Shown here: piece by piece, positions 38,470 to 52,127 of the stretch | How the letters are laid out: each line of letters begins with the position of its first letter | Numbering within the stretch: the first letter of the stretch is position 1 | Origin: Octopus vulgaris | Lineage: Eukaryota | Assembly (NCBI GenBank): GCA_951406725.2 | Contig: OX597833.1 | Location: forward strand, 3,286,001-3,350,000 | Direction: 5' to 3' | Length of the DNA: 64,000 nucleotides | Notes under the pieces: model-generated | Told to the model about the DNA's origin: nothing | What the model saw: only the letters and a program-made list of their open reading frames with translations | Database searches by the model: none | Program-made: the position numbers and the translations under genes

Positions 38470-39330
38470 ACTGTTGATACCACTGTCTGGAACCTCCATC
38501 TTGTTCAGAAAATTGATCTACTAGAAAATATCCAGAGACAAATGACAACTAAACGAATGCACTCCATCACTAGTTTACCATATCACGAGTGTATTAATTC
38601 TCTCAGCATCGATTCAGTAACGTTTTTGACATCTAACAGCTGGCCTGGTAGAAGCGCACAAGAATTATCCACCATCTTTCCAACAACATCTTCAGACATC
38701 TTTTTAAATTCAATATCTTTACCACTCATAGACATACTCTTTTACTCTTTTACTTGTTTCAGTCATTTAACTGCGGCTATGCTGGAGCACTGCCTTTAGT
38801 CGAGCAAATCGACCCTGGGACTTATTCTCTGTAAGCCCAGCACTTACTCTATCGGTCTCTTTTGCCAAACCGCTAAGTGACGGGGACGTAAACACACCAG
38901 CATCGGTTGTCAAGCAATGCTAGGGGAACAAACACAGACACACAAACATACATGCACACATACATATATATATATATGTACATATATATGACAGGCTTCT
39001 TTCAGTTTCCGTCTGCCAAATCCACTCACAAGGCATTGGTCGGCCCGGGGCTATAGCAGAAGACACTTGCCCAAGGTGACACGCAGTGGGATTGAACCCG
39101 AAACCATGTGGTTGGTTAGCAAGCTTCTTACCACACAGCCACTCCTGCGACATATTTATCAAATCAAAAAAAAAAAGAGAAAAAAACAGCAGAGCATTCT
39201 TAAGTTTCAAAAATTTTTTGCCTCATTCTCTTTTGTTGAAGAATGGAATAAACTATCTGTGCCAGTTGTTAGCTGTCAGGACACAGCATCCTTCAAAAGT
39301 TCCATGCTTTTTGAAACTTACCAACGCTAC
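38470..39330 (+). pseudogene. CR1/L2-group LINE ORF2 C-terminal relic, split by a SINE A
   Basis: TVWNLHLVQKIDLLENIQRQMTTKRMHSITSLPYHECINSL and, after the SINE, KFFASFSFVEEWNKLSVPVVSCQDTASFKS. Confidence 0.72.
38735..39148 (-). mobile_element. SINE family A, full length
   Basis: Match to the family consensus. Confidence 0.9.
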
Positions 39331-39419
39331 CCTTGGCATGCTTCTATGAATCCTTTCCTTTATTTTTTGGAGCTCTTTTACTAATCACATTTTTGTCTTT
39401 TTGTGTTTTATTCTGTGAA

Positions 39420-39815
39420 TATGATGATGATGGTGATGGTGATGATGATGGGGGTGATGGTGGTGGTGATGGTGGTGGTGGTGGTGGTGGTGGTGGTGGT
39501 GGTGGTGGTGGTGGTGGTGGTGATGGTGATGGTGGTGGTGGTGGTGATGATGATGGTGGATGGTGGTGGTGGTGGATGGTGGTGGTGATGGTGGTGGTGG
39601 TGATGGTGGTGGTGATGGTGGTGGTGGTGATGATGATGGTGATGATGATAATGGTGGTGATGGTGATGATGATGATAATGGTGGTGATGGTGATGATGAT
39701 GATAATGGTGGTGATGGTGATGATGGTGGTGGTGGTGGTGGTAGTGGTGATGATGGTGATGGTGATGAAGGTGGTGGTGGTGGTGGTGGTGGTGGTGGTG
39801 ATGATGATGATGTTC
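39420..39815. repeat. (GGT/GAT)n microsatellite
   Basis: Direct reading. Confidence 0.92.
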
Positions 39816-40282
39816 ATGTTGAATATGTCTTAAGTTAATCCCTTTGTTCCCTTTAATTCCAACAAAATGCTCCCTTACCGACATATTTTGATTAATTTTT
39901 AAAACAATCAAGAATTTGAAAGAATTCAACGAAACAAAGCAATTTAATTCCTAATCCGATCTTTGAAACGGGTTGGTTCTTCCATTAATTCATTATGAAG
40001 CTTTAAGTTTTAATTTGAAAAATTTTAAATTAAGGGTTCCATTCCACAGAACCAAAGACAGACCCAGATGGGTTGATATTGGAAAAGTTAATGAATATTT
40101 TGTATTTAAATTTCTTTTCCATTGTTAATGAAATGAATTCAGTTTAGTTGGTAATTAAAAAAGATGCTGATTAGTTTATTGGCCCAGTTTAATAATCTGA
40201 TGACGAAATTAGAGCAACGATAATTTTTGTGATGTGCAACTGTAAGAAGGAAAGATTGCAATCTACACACTTGAAAATGTGC

Positions 40283-40325
<43 letters not shown>

Positions 40326-40337
40326 CGTGTGTGTGTT

Positions 40338-40590
40338 GTTGTTGTTATTGTTTGTTCCTTCTCGAGCCATGTTTCCCGGTTTCATTATCATATAGGTTCC
40401 CCACCTGGATGGGACGCCGGTCCATCGCAGGTGAGCTGCAAGATGCAGGTGGAAAGAGTGAGAGAAAGTTGTGGCAAAAGAGTCAGCAGAAGTTCACCAT
40501 TACCTTCTGCCGGAGCCGTGCGGAGCTTAGGTGTTTCGCTCATAAACACACACATCGCCCAGTCTGAGATTCGAACCCGCAATCCCTCGA
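40338..40590 (-). mobile_element. SINE family C variant (V-domain-like tail), head truncated
   Basis: Homologous to 60451-60757. Confidence 0.78.
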
Positions 40591-40843
40591 CCAAAGGTCT
40601 TGGTTTTCTTACTTTTCGTTTCTTTCGTCCTGTTCCACTTCTAGCACCAACCTTCTTCACATTTATTTTCTTCTCATTTTTTTCTCATAGACGAATGTCC
40701 ATGTTTTTGAATGCATCTAGGGATATGCACTAAACCTGAAAGACTGCTTAGACATGGGTTGTTATATAAATTCAGCCAAATTATTGTATCACTAAAGCAT
40801 GAAACTGTTAGTAGCTCTTTTGAAAATTACATATCTTGCACAA

Positions 40844-40880
<37 letters not shown>

Positions 40881-40882
<2 letters not shown>

Positions 40883-41131
40883 CATCATCATCATCATCAT
40901 CGTTTAATGTCTGCTTTCCATGCTGGCACGAGTTGGACAGTTTGACTGTGGACTGGCAAGCCAGATGGCTGCACCAGTCTCCATTCTGATCTGGCAATGT
41001 TTCTACAGCTGGATGCCCTTCCTAACATCAACCACTCCAAGAGTGTAGTAGGTGATTTTACATGTACAGGTGGTACTGGCCACATCCATGCTCAAATGGT
41101 GCCTTTTACGTGCCACTGGCATGAGACCAGT
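40881..41131 (-). mobile_element. RTE 3' end fragment (66-bp module subfamily)
   Basis: Contains atgctcaaatggtgccttttacgtgccactggcatgagaccagtca, close to the 1-5800 satellite unit. Confidence 0.8.
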
Positions 41132-41298
41132 CATCATTATCATCATCATTCTCCTCTTCTCTTCCTCCTCATCCTCATCATGCCCCTCCTGCTTCTCCTC
41201 TTCCTCACCACCATCCCCTCCTTCTTCACCTCTTCCTCATCTCCTCCTCCTCCTCTTTGTCATCATCACCATCATTATCGTCATCATCATCATCATCG

Positions 41299-41333
<35 letters not shown>

Positions 41334-41957
41334 GTTATCGTTATCTTATCATTATTGTCATTGCTGCTGTCATCGTCATCATCAATCATAACTATATTTC
41401 TATCAAACTGTTGACCCTTGTATCCCATCCAACCTTGCAAATTCACTTCCCCTTTCACCCTTACCCCCCGTATTCACCCATCTCTTCTTCCCCTGCATAC
41501 ACACCCCCGACACACACACAGAGTCACATGTGCCATTTCAAGTGTACACACACAAAACTTACAAAAATTAAAAGTCAAAAAGATGAGTCTTGAGAATTGT
41601 GCTTCTTCTTCTTCTTCTTCTTCATCATCATCATCATCATCATCATCTATTTCATTAAATCTAATTATTTCACTAAATATAATTATTTATAAAACAATTA
41701 ATGAAGTTTTAAAAAGAAAATATGTTGCAATAAGGGCCCCACCCACTGTATTGTTTTTAACACTTTTTTCCCCAAAATTTCTTCAGATCTCTGTTTATAT
41801 GCACTTGTAATTACTTTGAACAATTAATTACTAATTTAGATAAGGAAATAGAAATAGGGTGTTTCTAAAATTCACAATTAGATGAAAAGAGAGACTTTAA
41901 ATAAAATGAAATTAATAAAGATATAATCCAGTAGAATGATCTTTTTCCAAAAGTTTC

Positions 41958-42392
41958 TGGTCATGCTGAGCCCTTCAGAAGGTCATAGCAGATCCTCTTG
42001 AAGGTCACACTGAGCCCTTCAGAACACTGTGTCAAACCCTTCAGAAGGTCACATCAGACCCTCCAGAAGGTCATACTGAGCTCTTTGGAAAGCCACACCA
42101 AACCCTTCAGAAGGTCACAAAAGACCCTCCAGAAGGTCAAGTTGAGCTCTTCAGAACACCACATAGAACCCTTCAGGTCATACCAGACCCTCCTGAAGGT
42201 CATACTAAGCTCTTTGGAAAGCTACACCAGACCCCCCCAGAAGGTCATGTTGAGCCCTTCAGAATGCCACATCAAACCCTTCAGAAGGCCACACCAAACC
42301 CTTCAGATGGTCACACCAGACCCTCCAGAAGGTCAAACTGAACTCTTTAGAAGACCACACCAAACCCTTCAGAAGGTCACACCAGACCCTCC
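41958..42392. repeat. Diverged 22-bp minisatellite with 66-bp three-subunit periodicity
   Basis: cccttcagaaggtcacaccaga variants; tgagc recurs at 42011, 42077 and 42143. Confidence 0.8.
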
Positions 42393-42991
42393 TTTCAGTA
42401 GAGCATACTTAACTCTTAGAAAGCTTAACATATTCTTTCAGAGGTCCATTCTGAACCATTCTTATTCTGCTTTCTGCTACCCAGTCCTTTGGGCTCTACC
42501 CTTCTTCTGTACTCGTCTACTCAATCCTATGAAGAACTGATTTTGTTTCATCTCAGTTACCCTGCCATATGAAGCACTGTTCTTTTCTGCTTTCTACAGG
42601 GTACTGCCCATGTCTAGTATCAGCTACTTAACCCTATATAGATCACTGCCCTTGCACGCTCTCTGCTACCATAGACCTTGTATGATGTGGGTTACTAAGC
42701 CCCACTGAACACAGCCCTTGAGTATTGTCTACAATCCAAACCCCTGCAGGTCAAAAGACTGTGCAGACTTCGATGGAATGGCAAAGAGTTTTTTTTATTT
42801 TTTTATTTTTATTTTATCTAGTTTCAGCTCATGAGCTGTGGCCATGCTGGGGCACCGCCAGTTGTGCGGAGATGTGGAGAAACTGCTGTAAGACCACTTT
42901 GCTTGCTTTAAAGAAACAAACGAAAGACAAAAACAAGAAAACCATAATAAATCACCCATCGTCCACAATAGCCACAAGAGAAAGAAAGAGG

Positions 42992-43037
<46 letters not shown>

Positions 43038-43780
43038 GTGGGGGAACAGTTTGGTTACTTGGCTGTCTTTGCCAAATAGAAACCACAGTAAAATTTTTCA
43101 TAATGGACTTGGTTGAAAGCCAAATCAGCAATTAAGTTTATAATTTTTCAGACTATTAACCTCATATTTTAAATATATACTTAGATACGTATACACACTT
43201 TAAATATATTTAGAAATGTGGAGTCACCTGGTCTAGTGGTTAGGGTGGTCATTTTGTGGTCATCACATCATAAATTTAATCCTTGGACCTTTGAACAAGG
43301 TTCTTCATTTCACTTTAGTCTAGGCTACTCAACGGAACATGAGTGCCTGCTGAGTACCATTATGGACCTCTCTGCAGATGTTACATCTTCAATATTCTTC
43401 TGAGTTGAGGACAGCAGGGTCGAAAAAGTGACAATGTCGGTTAATGACTACACAGGCACCTGAAACAATGAGTGAAAGAATGGTATCAAGTTATACTGAC
43501 AATCTACTTCTTGGGTTCAGTTCTTGGCCAAGTTTCTTTACATGGATTGATTTCTCTTAGACAGGACATGCATACTCCATAGAGAAATAGCACAAGGCCA
43601 GACCAGTAGGTCTTAATGTGTGTGCTGTGACTCTCCATTTGCTTGTGATGGTCATGGTTCTTTTTATATTTAGTGAGACATGGCTCAGTGGTTATATATT
43701 TATATAGGTAGATAGATATACACACATATATACATGTATGTATTTATATATCTATACATATATATATATATTTATGTATA

Positions 43781-43835
<55 letters not shown>

Positions 43836-43842
43836 GTATATA

Positions 43843-44147
43843 TCACGTGATCACGTGACCAACCAGGCTATCAGATCTTGTTACACATCGCTGGTCACAA
43901 TGCGCTTCACATTGTTTTAGCCTTCAAATGACGCCACCCCACTGGCTAAGTGAGCAGGCCAACAGAAGTGAGAGAAAGTTGTGGCAAAAGAGTACAGCAG
44001 GGATCGCCACCACCCCCTGCCGGAGCCTCGTGGAGCTTTAGGTGTTTTCGCTCAATAAACACTCACAACGCCCGGTCTTGGAATCGAAACCGCGATCCTA
44101 CGACTGCGAGTCCGCTGCCCTAACCACTGGGTCATTGCGCCTCCACA
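43843..44147 (-). mobile_element. SINE family C (tail type 2)
   Basis: Reverse-complement head gtggaggcgcaatgacccagtggttagggcagcggactcgcagtcgtaggatcgcggtttcgattcc. Confidence 0.87.
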
Positions 44148-44162
44148 TATATTTATATATAC

Positions 44163-44239
<77 letters not shown>

Positions 44240-44285
44240 AGTTGATGTTTTATTGATTTAAGTATGTTTCTCCATTTTCTAATTT

Positions 44286-44332
<47 letters not shown>

Positions 44333-44334
<2 letters not shown>

Positions 44335-44724
44335 TCTTTACTATTTTACCTGTTTCAGTCATTTGACTGCGGCCATGCTGGAGCACCGCCTTTAGTCAAG
44401 CAAATCGACCCCGGGACTTATTCTTTGTAAGCCCAGTACTTATTCTATCAGTCTCTTTTGCCGAACCGCTAAGTGATGGGGACGTAAACACACCAGCATC
44501 AGTTGTCAAGCAATGCTAGGGGGACAAACACAGACACACAAACACACACACATATATATACATATATACGACAGGCTTCTTTCAGTTTCCGTCTACCAAA
44601 TCCACTCACAAGGCATTGGTCGGCCCGAGGCTATAGTAGAAGACACTTGCCCAAGGTGCCACGCAGTGGGACTGAACCCAGAACCATGTGGTTGGTAAAC
44701 AAGCTACTTACCACACAGCCACTC
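44333..44724 (-). mobile_element. SINE family A
   Basis: Match to the family consensus. Confidence 0.9.
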
Positions 44725-44865
44725 ATATATATATACACATACACATACACATACATTAAGGTTTGTTTTTATATCAAGGTGTAATAATAATTTTACTGGA
44801 GGATTACTCCATACTTTTTGTAGAGTATATATTTATCATTCTTTTACAAGAATAGTGTTGATAGT

Positions 44866-45345
44866 GACTTCGCAGTTTCAGCCTGATTAGTCTTCATTGA
44901 ACTATGGTACAGTCGAGTTCATCTTAGCTTTATGTAACATCTCTGTTAAGTTTTAACTTTCTGGAGGTATGTGGAGCTGTGTTGAATCATAATTATGTTG
45001 TGATGGAAAGGTATAATGGAAGACTTTTATTGATTAAATTTGGAGTTGTGTTATTGTTCAGGATTCACTCATGCATGTAGAACTTTGTTATCAGGTGTGT
45101 CTAATTTAACAAAGTTCTACACGCATGGATGGATTCTGAACAATAACACAACACCAAATTTAATCAATAAAAATCTTTCATAACACCTTTCCATCACAAC
45201 CTCACCTACAATCTGACTATCTTTCAACAGAGCCTCCCCCTCTACCCCCAGGAAGTTTTCACTTAACAGAGACTATGTAAAACGAAGATGAACTGAAATG
45301 TACCAAAGTTTGCTGAAGGCTAATGAGGCCAAAATTTCGAAGTCC
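44866..45345. repeat. Old imperfect inverted repeat (~225-bp arms, ~16-nt spacer)
   Basis: tagaactttgtta/taacaaagttcta inner ends; ttattgattaaatttgg/ccaaatttaatcaataa; gacttcg/cgaagtc outer ends. Confidence 0.75.
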
Positions 45346-45361
45346 CATACATATACTCCAT

Positions 45362-45610
45362 AGGCGCAGGAGTGGTTGTGTGGTAAGTAGCTTGCTAACC
45401 AACCACATGGTTCCAGGTTCAGTCCCACTGCATAGCACTTTGGGTAAGTGTCTTCTACTATAGCCTCGGGCCGACCAAAGCCTTGTGAGTGGATTTGGTA
45501 GGCGGAAACTGAAAGAAGCCCGTTGTATATATGTATATATGTACATATATATATGCAGGCGTGTGTTTGTGTGTCTGTGTTTGTCCCCTAGCATTGCTTG
45601 ACAACCGATG
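45362..45610 (+). mobile_element. SINE family A 5' two-thirds, running into a (GAT)n tract
   Basis: Consensus match up to gacaaccgatg, then (GAT/GGT)n to ~45960. Confidence 0.85.
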
Positions 45611-45649
45611 ACAATGATGAGGATGATGATGATGATGGTGACGACAACA

Positions 45650-45681
<32 letters not shown>

Positions 45682-46142
45682 GGTGGTGGTGATGATGATG
45701 ATGGTGATGATGATGACAGTGATGATGAGGAGGACGATGAGGACGATGATGATGATGATGATGAAAATGACGGTGGTGATGATGATGATTGTGATGCTGG
45801 TGACGATTATCATGGTGATGATGATGATGATGATGATGATGGTGATGGTGATGATGATGATGATGATGATCTTGATGATGATAATGGTGCTTGTGCTGGT
45901 GGTGGTGGTGGTGGTGGTGGAGGCGATGATGATACTGATGACGATTTTAATGTAACCGATGACAACGGCAGTGGTGACGGTCAGTGAACTGCAGCCATGC
46001 TGGAACAAGGCCTTGGAGGGTCTGGTTGATCAAATTGCCCCAGGGTCTATTTCATATCTAGCTGTCATTCTCTCAATCGCTTTTTGCTGATCTGCTAAGT
46101 TACACAAGCAGTAACAGAGAAATATGAGAGCATTTACGTGCA

Positions 46143-46176
<34 letters not shown>

Positions 46177-46543
46177 TGCCTCTGTGTGTGGTGTGTGGGT
46201 GTGTGGGTTTGGGTCAGACTGTGTTTATGCATGTGGGTGTGTGTCTTTGTGTCTGTGTGCGGGCATGTGTATGTATGTGTGTGTTTTTGTGCGGGTGTGT
46301 TTGTGTGTGTGTGTGTGCCTGTGTGTGTATGTGTTTGTGTGTGTTTGTGTGTGTTCGTGTGTGTGTGTGTGTGAGTGCCTGTGTGTATGTATCTCTGTTT
46401 AAATGTGTTACAACAATGTTTGAATATGGTTATATACATATATATATGGTTTTATATGTATGTGTGTGTCTACACTTGCACACAAATACACACACATGTG
46501 CATGTACATATGCACACAGATATAGATATGTATGTATGTATTC

Positions 46544-46761
46544 CAGAAGAGATGCTAAAAAGTTCCAGGCTTCAGGTAAAAGAAAATACAGGAGGATCAA
46601 TTAATTAAGGTTTCATTAAACATATTCCCCTTCTCAGATTCACACACTTATTGCAGAGGTCCTTCAGGTTTTCTAAGCCCTGTAAAAGACCCGGAAGGTT
46701 AGGTCTCCAACCAGGCCTTTCATGATACCCTTAAAGCCTTGAACTTTCCAGCAACCCCTCA
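46544..46761. mobile_element. Tc1/mariner-type MITE (second copy)
   Basis: Reverse-complement homolog of 24247-24461; ends gaactttccagcaacccctca-TA. Confidence 0.65.
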
Positions 46762-46924
46762 TATGTATTGAGAACAATTTTTCTTAGTGGTCAGACCATA
46801 TGGGGTCTACATTTAGCATATTAGGAGTCTACCTAGTGGTTATTCCTCTTATTTGTACCTCGTGTGTACCGTTGGCGATTTTTTTCCCTCTGTCTTCCCT
46901 TCTCTGGATCTTTCCTTTTCCTAT

Positions 46925-46959
46925 GTTTCTGACGAAGAGTTCCGCTCGAAACGTTAAAC
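46925..46959 (+). ncRNA. Minimal hammerhead motif in a short Penelope-type element (~46860-47050)
   Basis: gttt CTGACGA a gagt-tcc-gctc GAAA cg t t aaac, with palindromic ACGT stem III. Confidence 0.7.
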
Positions 46960-47044
46960 CCTCCTTCTTTCCTGAGCGTCGAATAATACTATATTTGTTC
47001 CACGTCCTCGTGTTGTGTTTTTTTGTGCTTTCTTGTTTGGATTA

Positions 47045-47109
<65 letters not shown>

Positions 47110-47263
47110 GAATGGAGTTGAACGACGAATTAACAAAATTCCTTTATTTTCGACATATGTTTTGAAGGCTGCATATTCCTAGTTGTGTCTTCTCTGATGT
47201 GAATTTGCTACCCAGGTATCGGTTAACCGAATTATCCATAACAAGATAATTCATTCAATTACT

Positions 47264-47302
<39 letters not shown>

Positions 47303-47827
47303 GTACATACAAAAAAAGAGGAATGACCAGTAGGTGGACTCCTAATATGCTAAATGTAAACCCCATATGTGTCTTGCTCACTTTACATTCTGGCTTTTAC
47401 CGAATTATCTTGAGAACAATTTTTCTTAGTGGTCAGACCATATGGGGTCTACATTTAGCATATTAGGAGTCCACCTAGTGGTCATTCCTCTTATAAGTAA
47501 TATAATATTCTGAATCTTCAGATTCTTTTCAATATGCTAGGCCACTGGTTTAAATTGATATTAATCTAATTAATATCAATTTTTTACCCTTATTATTTAA
47601 ATATATATATATATTTATATATATTGAGCTCTTATGAATATATATGTAAACAGCATGTTTTTGTACACATATGTGTTTGTTTAAATCTAGGTATATTTAC
47701 TTAAGCATGTTTGCATGGGTGTGTTTGTGTATATGTGGGTGAATGTCTGAGTACGGGAATGTATGCATATGCATATATAAGTACATACATATATACACAC
47801 ACATGCACACACACACATATATATATA

Positions 47828-48042
47828 TATTTCTTTACTACCCACAAGGGGCTAAACATAGAGGAGACAAAGGAAGAACAGACAAAGGGATTAAGTCGAT
47901 TACATCGACCCAGTACTTAATTTATCGACCCCGAGAGGATGAAAGGCAAAGTCGACCTCGGCGGAATTTGAACTCAGAACATAACGACAGACGAAATACC
48001 ACGAAGCATTTGGCCCGGTGCGCTAACGTTTCTGCCAGCTCG
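47828..48042 (-). mobile_element. SINE family B monomer
   Basis: Match to the family consensus. Confidence 0.85.
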
Positions 48043-48334
48043 CATGTGTGCTTGCTTAGATATCAACATGTATGCTTATATTTTATATATATATATACAC
48101 ACAAATATATATATGTATATCTATATATGTGTTTGTGTGTGTATATATATATATATATACATAAACATACACATGCACATATATATATATATGGATGTGT
48201 ATGTATGAGTGTGTGTGTATGTGTATCTGTCTATATACACACATATGTGTGGTTCCATATGCATGCATGATTATGTGTGTGTGGGTGGTTGGATGGTATG
48301 GGGGGAAGGGGTAGATTTGCATCCAGACATATGT

Positions 48335-48730
48335 GTGTGTGTGTACCTGTATGAGTGTGTATGCGTGTGTGTGTATGCATGTATATGTATATGTACAGAT
48401 GTATGTATATGGTATGTGTGTGCATCTGTGTGTGTGTGTGTGTGTACCTGTATGAGTGTGTATGCGTGTGTGTGTATGCATATATATGTATATGTACAGA
48501 TGTTTGTATATGGTATGTGTGTGCATCTATGTGTGTGTGTGTACGTGTGTGTGTGTACGTGTGTGTACGTGTGTGTGTATGCATGCGTATGTATATGTAC
48601 GGATGTTTGTATATGGTATGTGTGTGTGTGTGTACCTGTATGAGTGTGTATGCGTGTGTGTGTATGCATGCTTATGTATATGTACAGATGTTTGTATATG
48701 GTATGCGTGTGCATCTGTGTGTGTGTGTAT
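48335..48730. repeat. ~90-100-bp (TG)-derived tandem repeat, ~4 copies
   Basis: gtgtacctgtatgagtgtgtatgcgtgtg...atgtacagatgtttgtatatggtatg recurs. Confidence 0.7.
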
Positions 48731-49174
48731 GTACGTGTGTGTGTGTGTGTACGTGTGTGTACGTGTGTGTGTGTGTGTGTGTACGTGTGTGTACGTGTGT
48801 GTGTGTGTGTGTTTTGTCCATCCAGCAAAGAGCGGTGTAGCTTGTGTTGTACGAAAACGGCTGCGATCGACGACCAGGTTCGGAAGGGAGAAGAAGAAGA
48901 AGAAGAAGAAGAGGAGGAGGAGAAGAGGAAGGAAAAAAAAAAACAAGAATCAGATAAAACGAGGGGAAAACGATCGTTAACAATAACAACAACAACATCA
49001 GCAACAACAACAACAATAAGGAATAGGAAGAAGAAGAAGAAGAAGAAGAAGAAGGAGGCAGTAAATGATCAAGAGATGAGACCATCTGGCAGAGGTAGGA
49101 ACCAAAGGGAAATATCCTTTTGTAGTGTTTACTTATAAACCCTTTTGTTTTTTGTGAAGTCTCGTCACAGGTAA

Positions 49175-49586
49175 ATTGTTGTTGCTGCTGCTGTTGTTGT
49201 TGTTGTCGCTGGTGTTTATGCTGTTGTTGTTGCTGTTGTTGTTGTTGTTGTTGTTGTCGTCGTCATTGGCATCGTTATCGTTCACGCTGCCATCGCCGCC
49301 GTCCTCGCCGCCATCCTCGTCGCCATCATCATCGTAAGGCATCAGCATCACCATCATAATTGCCATCATAGTCATCATCATCATCATCATCATCATCATC
49401 ACACCCATCATCGTTGTCATCATCATCATCATCGCCACTGCCACCACTATCATCGCCAACATCACCACGACTTTCATCATCACCCGTCCTCTTCAGCATC
49501 ATCGTTGTCATCACCGTCATCATCACCATCATCATCATAATCCTCATTACCACCATCACCGTCACCACCACCACCGTCATCATCAT

Positions 49587-49617
<31 letters not shown>

Positions 49618-49659
49618 CCATCTTCATCATCATCGTCATCATCATCATCATCGTCGTCG

Positions 49660-49705
<46 letters not shown>

Positions 49706-50374
49706 CTTCACCTTTAACACTACAACCAGTCCTGTATCCTTCCACATTACGATTATTACCATCTTCCATCATTACTAAGCCACCATTTTTATCATCATCA
49801 TCATCATCATCATCATAAGCATCCTTCTCCTCGTACCACTGCTCCTCCTCCTCTTCCTTTTCTTCTTCCTTCTCCTCCCTCCCCTTCTCCTCTTCTTCCT
49901 CTTCCTCCTCTTCCTCCGTCTCATCCTCATTGCCATCAACCCCTGCCAATTATTTCAGCTTCCTTCTTCCAATTCTTTCCTTCACACTTCTCTTATTCCC
50001 ATCAATCCCAGTTAATATCATTGTTGTCCACCTCCCCCTCCTCCTCCTCCTCATCACCATCATCATCATCCTTATCATCATCATCACCACCATCACCACC
50101 ACATTCATCATCATCATCATCACCATCATCATCACCGTCATCATCATCATCATCATCCCATTCTTCTTTCACCTTCTCTCTCATTCTCATCACAGTTGCA
50201 ATAATCCCCATCACCCTCATCATCATCATCGTCATCATCATCTTCATCATCATCACCACCACCACCACCATCACCATCAACATCATCATCATCACCACCA
50301 CCACCACCATCACCATCAACATCATCATCATCATCATCACCACCATCATCATCATCATCATCAACAACATTAAT

Positions 50375-50411
<37 letters not shown>

Positions 50412-50945
50412 CCACCATCACCACCACATTCATCATCATCATCATCACCATTATCATGGCCACCACCACCGCCACCACCACCACCACCACCACCACCACC
50501 ACCACCACCACCACCATTGTCATTACTGCTGCTGCTGTTTGTCTCCATCACTGAAAATGCTGTTTTCTCTCATCGTCAGCAAATATGGCAATCTGCTGCT
50601 GCAGCTACCGCTGCTGCTGCTGCAACTGCTACTGCTGCTGCTGCTGCTGCTGCTACATGTTTATCAGTGGCATCACGTGCTTCTCTGGCTTACAGCAGCA
50701 GCAGCAGCAGCAGCAGTAGCGACAGCACTATCGTTAGTAGTAGTAGCGACAGCAGCAATAGTAGCGTCTGCAAGTAACTGCAGTGGCATCAGCGTTAGCG
50801 CCACCTGCAACAATGTGTGCAGCAGGGCAGCAAATATTGCAACAGCGTGTACAACGACATCGACATACCTGCAACCACTGCTAACAACAACAACAACAAC
50901 AACAACTGCGATGATGACGATGATGGCGACGACTGCTGCTGCACA
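49175..50945. repeat. Large compound trinucleotide field: (TTG), (CAT/CAC), (CCT), (GCT/CAG), (CAA)
   Basis: Direct reading. Confidence 0.88.
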
Positions 50946-51026
50946 TAAAAATTGCGTAAAGTGCAGAAAATATTGCGACAGTAACTACAGCACCATGATC
51001 CTCTAAGAACAACAAAATCCGCAGCA

Positions 51027-51397
51027 GTGGAGATGCAATGGCCCAATGGTTAGGGCAGCGGACTCGCGGTCGGAGGATTATGGTTTCGATTCCCAGACCG
51101 GGCGTTGTGAGTGTTTTTTGAGCGAAAAAAACCTAAAGCTCCACGAAGCTCCGGCAGGGGTGGGGTGGTGACCCCTGTTGTACTCTTTCGCCCCCAACTT
51201 TCTCTCACTCTTTCTTCCTGTTTCTTGTCCCCGACTTCCTAAGCAACCGCTGAGCCTGGATGCGCATTCATACATCCGTCGATGCTCTCGGTGTCGGGGG
51301 TTGACCTGCTTTCTCTTCTGCGGGTCTTACAAATAGCAAAGGACCACGTTTCGGACTTCTCCCATCTTGCGAGCTCTGGGACGAAGACCGTTCGCTC
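51027..51397 (+). mobile_element. SINE family C (tail type 3, (CAA)n end)
   Basis: Head gtggagatgcaatggcccaatggttagggcagcggactcgcggtc with a unique 3' part. Confidence 0.85.
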
Positions 51398-51428
<31 letters not shown>

Positions 51429-51898
51429 GCAGCAGCAGCAGCAACAACAACATCAGCAGCAATCACAACAGCTGCAAGATTAACTGCAACAGGTAGTAAC
51501 TACTGCAAGGAGGGTGATGTCTTTGTACCTGCATCTCAAGGGCCAGCATCTATCGTTAATAACCATAGGTGAAGGGCCAAGTTGTTCACCCTACTGAATC
51601 ATCTAGGATCCGAGCCTGGGTTGTATGATACAGAGGGCTGGTTGTTGCCCTGCCCAATATGACCCTTCCATCTCCATGTCAGAGTGGGATCCAAAGGTAG
51701 ATTTTTCTGTAGCCGGGTGCCTTTCCTGTCATCAACCCTCACCTGTTTCCAAGCAAGCCAATGTTGTTTCCCATGGCCAGACATGTTTTCACAGAAGACT
51801 GGAAACAAACAACATTGCTTCTGTGACAGACACTAACACATACATGCACATATGCACATACACACACATGCACATATATAGACATATATATATATATA

Positions 51899-52121
51899 TA
51901 TTTCTTTATTGCCCACAAGGTGCTAAACATAGAGAGGACAAACAAGGACAGACAAAGGAATTAAGTCGATTACATCGACCCCAGTGCGAAACTGGTACTT
52001 TCATTTATCGACCCTGAAAGGATGAAAGGCAAAGTCGACCTTTGAACTCAGAACGTAACGACAGACGAAATACCGCGAAGCATTCCGCCCGGCGCGCTAA
52101 CGTGTCTGCCAGCTCGCCGCC
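51899..52121 (-). mobile_element. SINE family B monomer
   Basis: Match to the family consensus. Confidence 0.85.
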
Positions 52122-52127
52122 TGGCCA

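Noticed and set aside
41998-42540. 180-aa ORF
   Set aside because: Explained by the 22/66-bp minisatellite; TTG start and no domain recognised.
44075-44147. tRNA gene candidates (also 51027, 60451 and SINE A/B heads)
   Set aside because: A/B boxes are present, but the acceptor stem and cloverleaf are not maintained and each continues into a SINE body.
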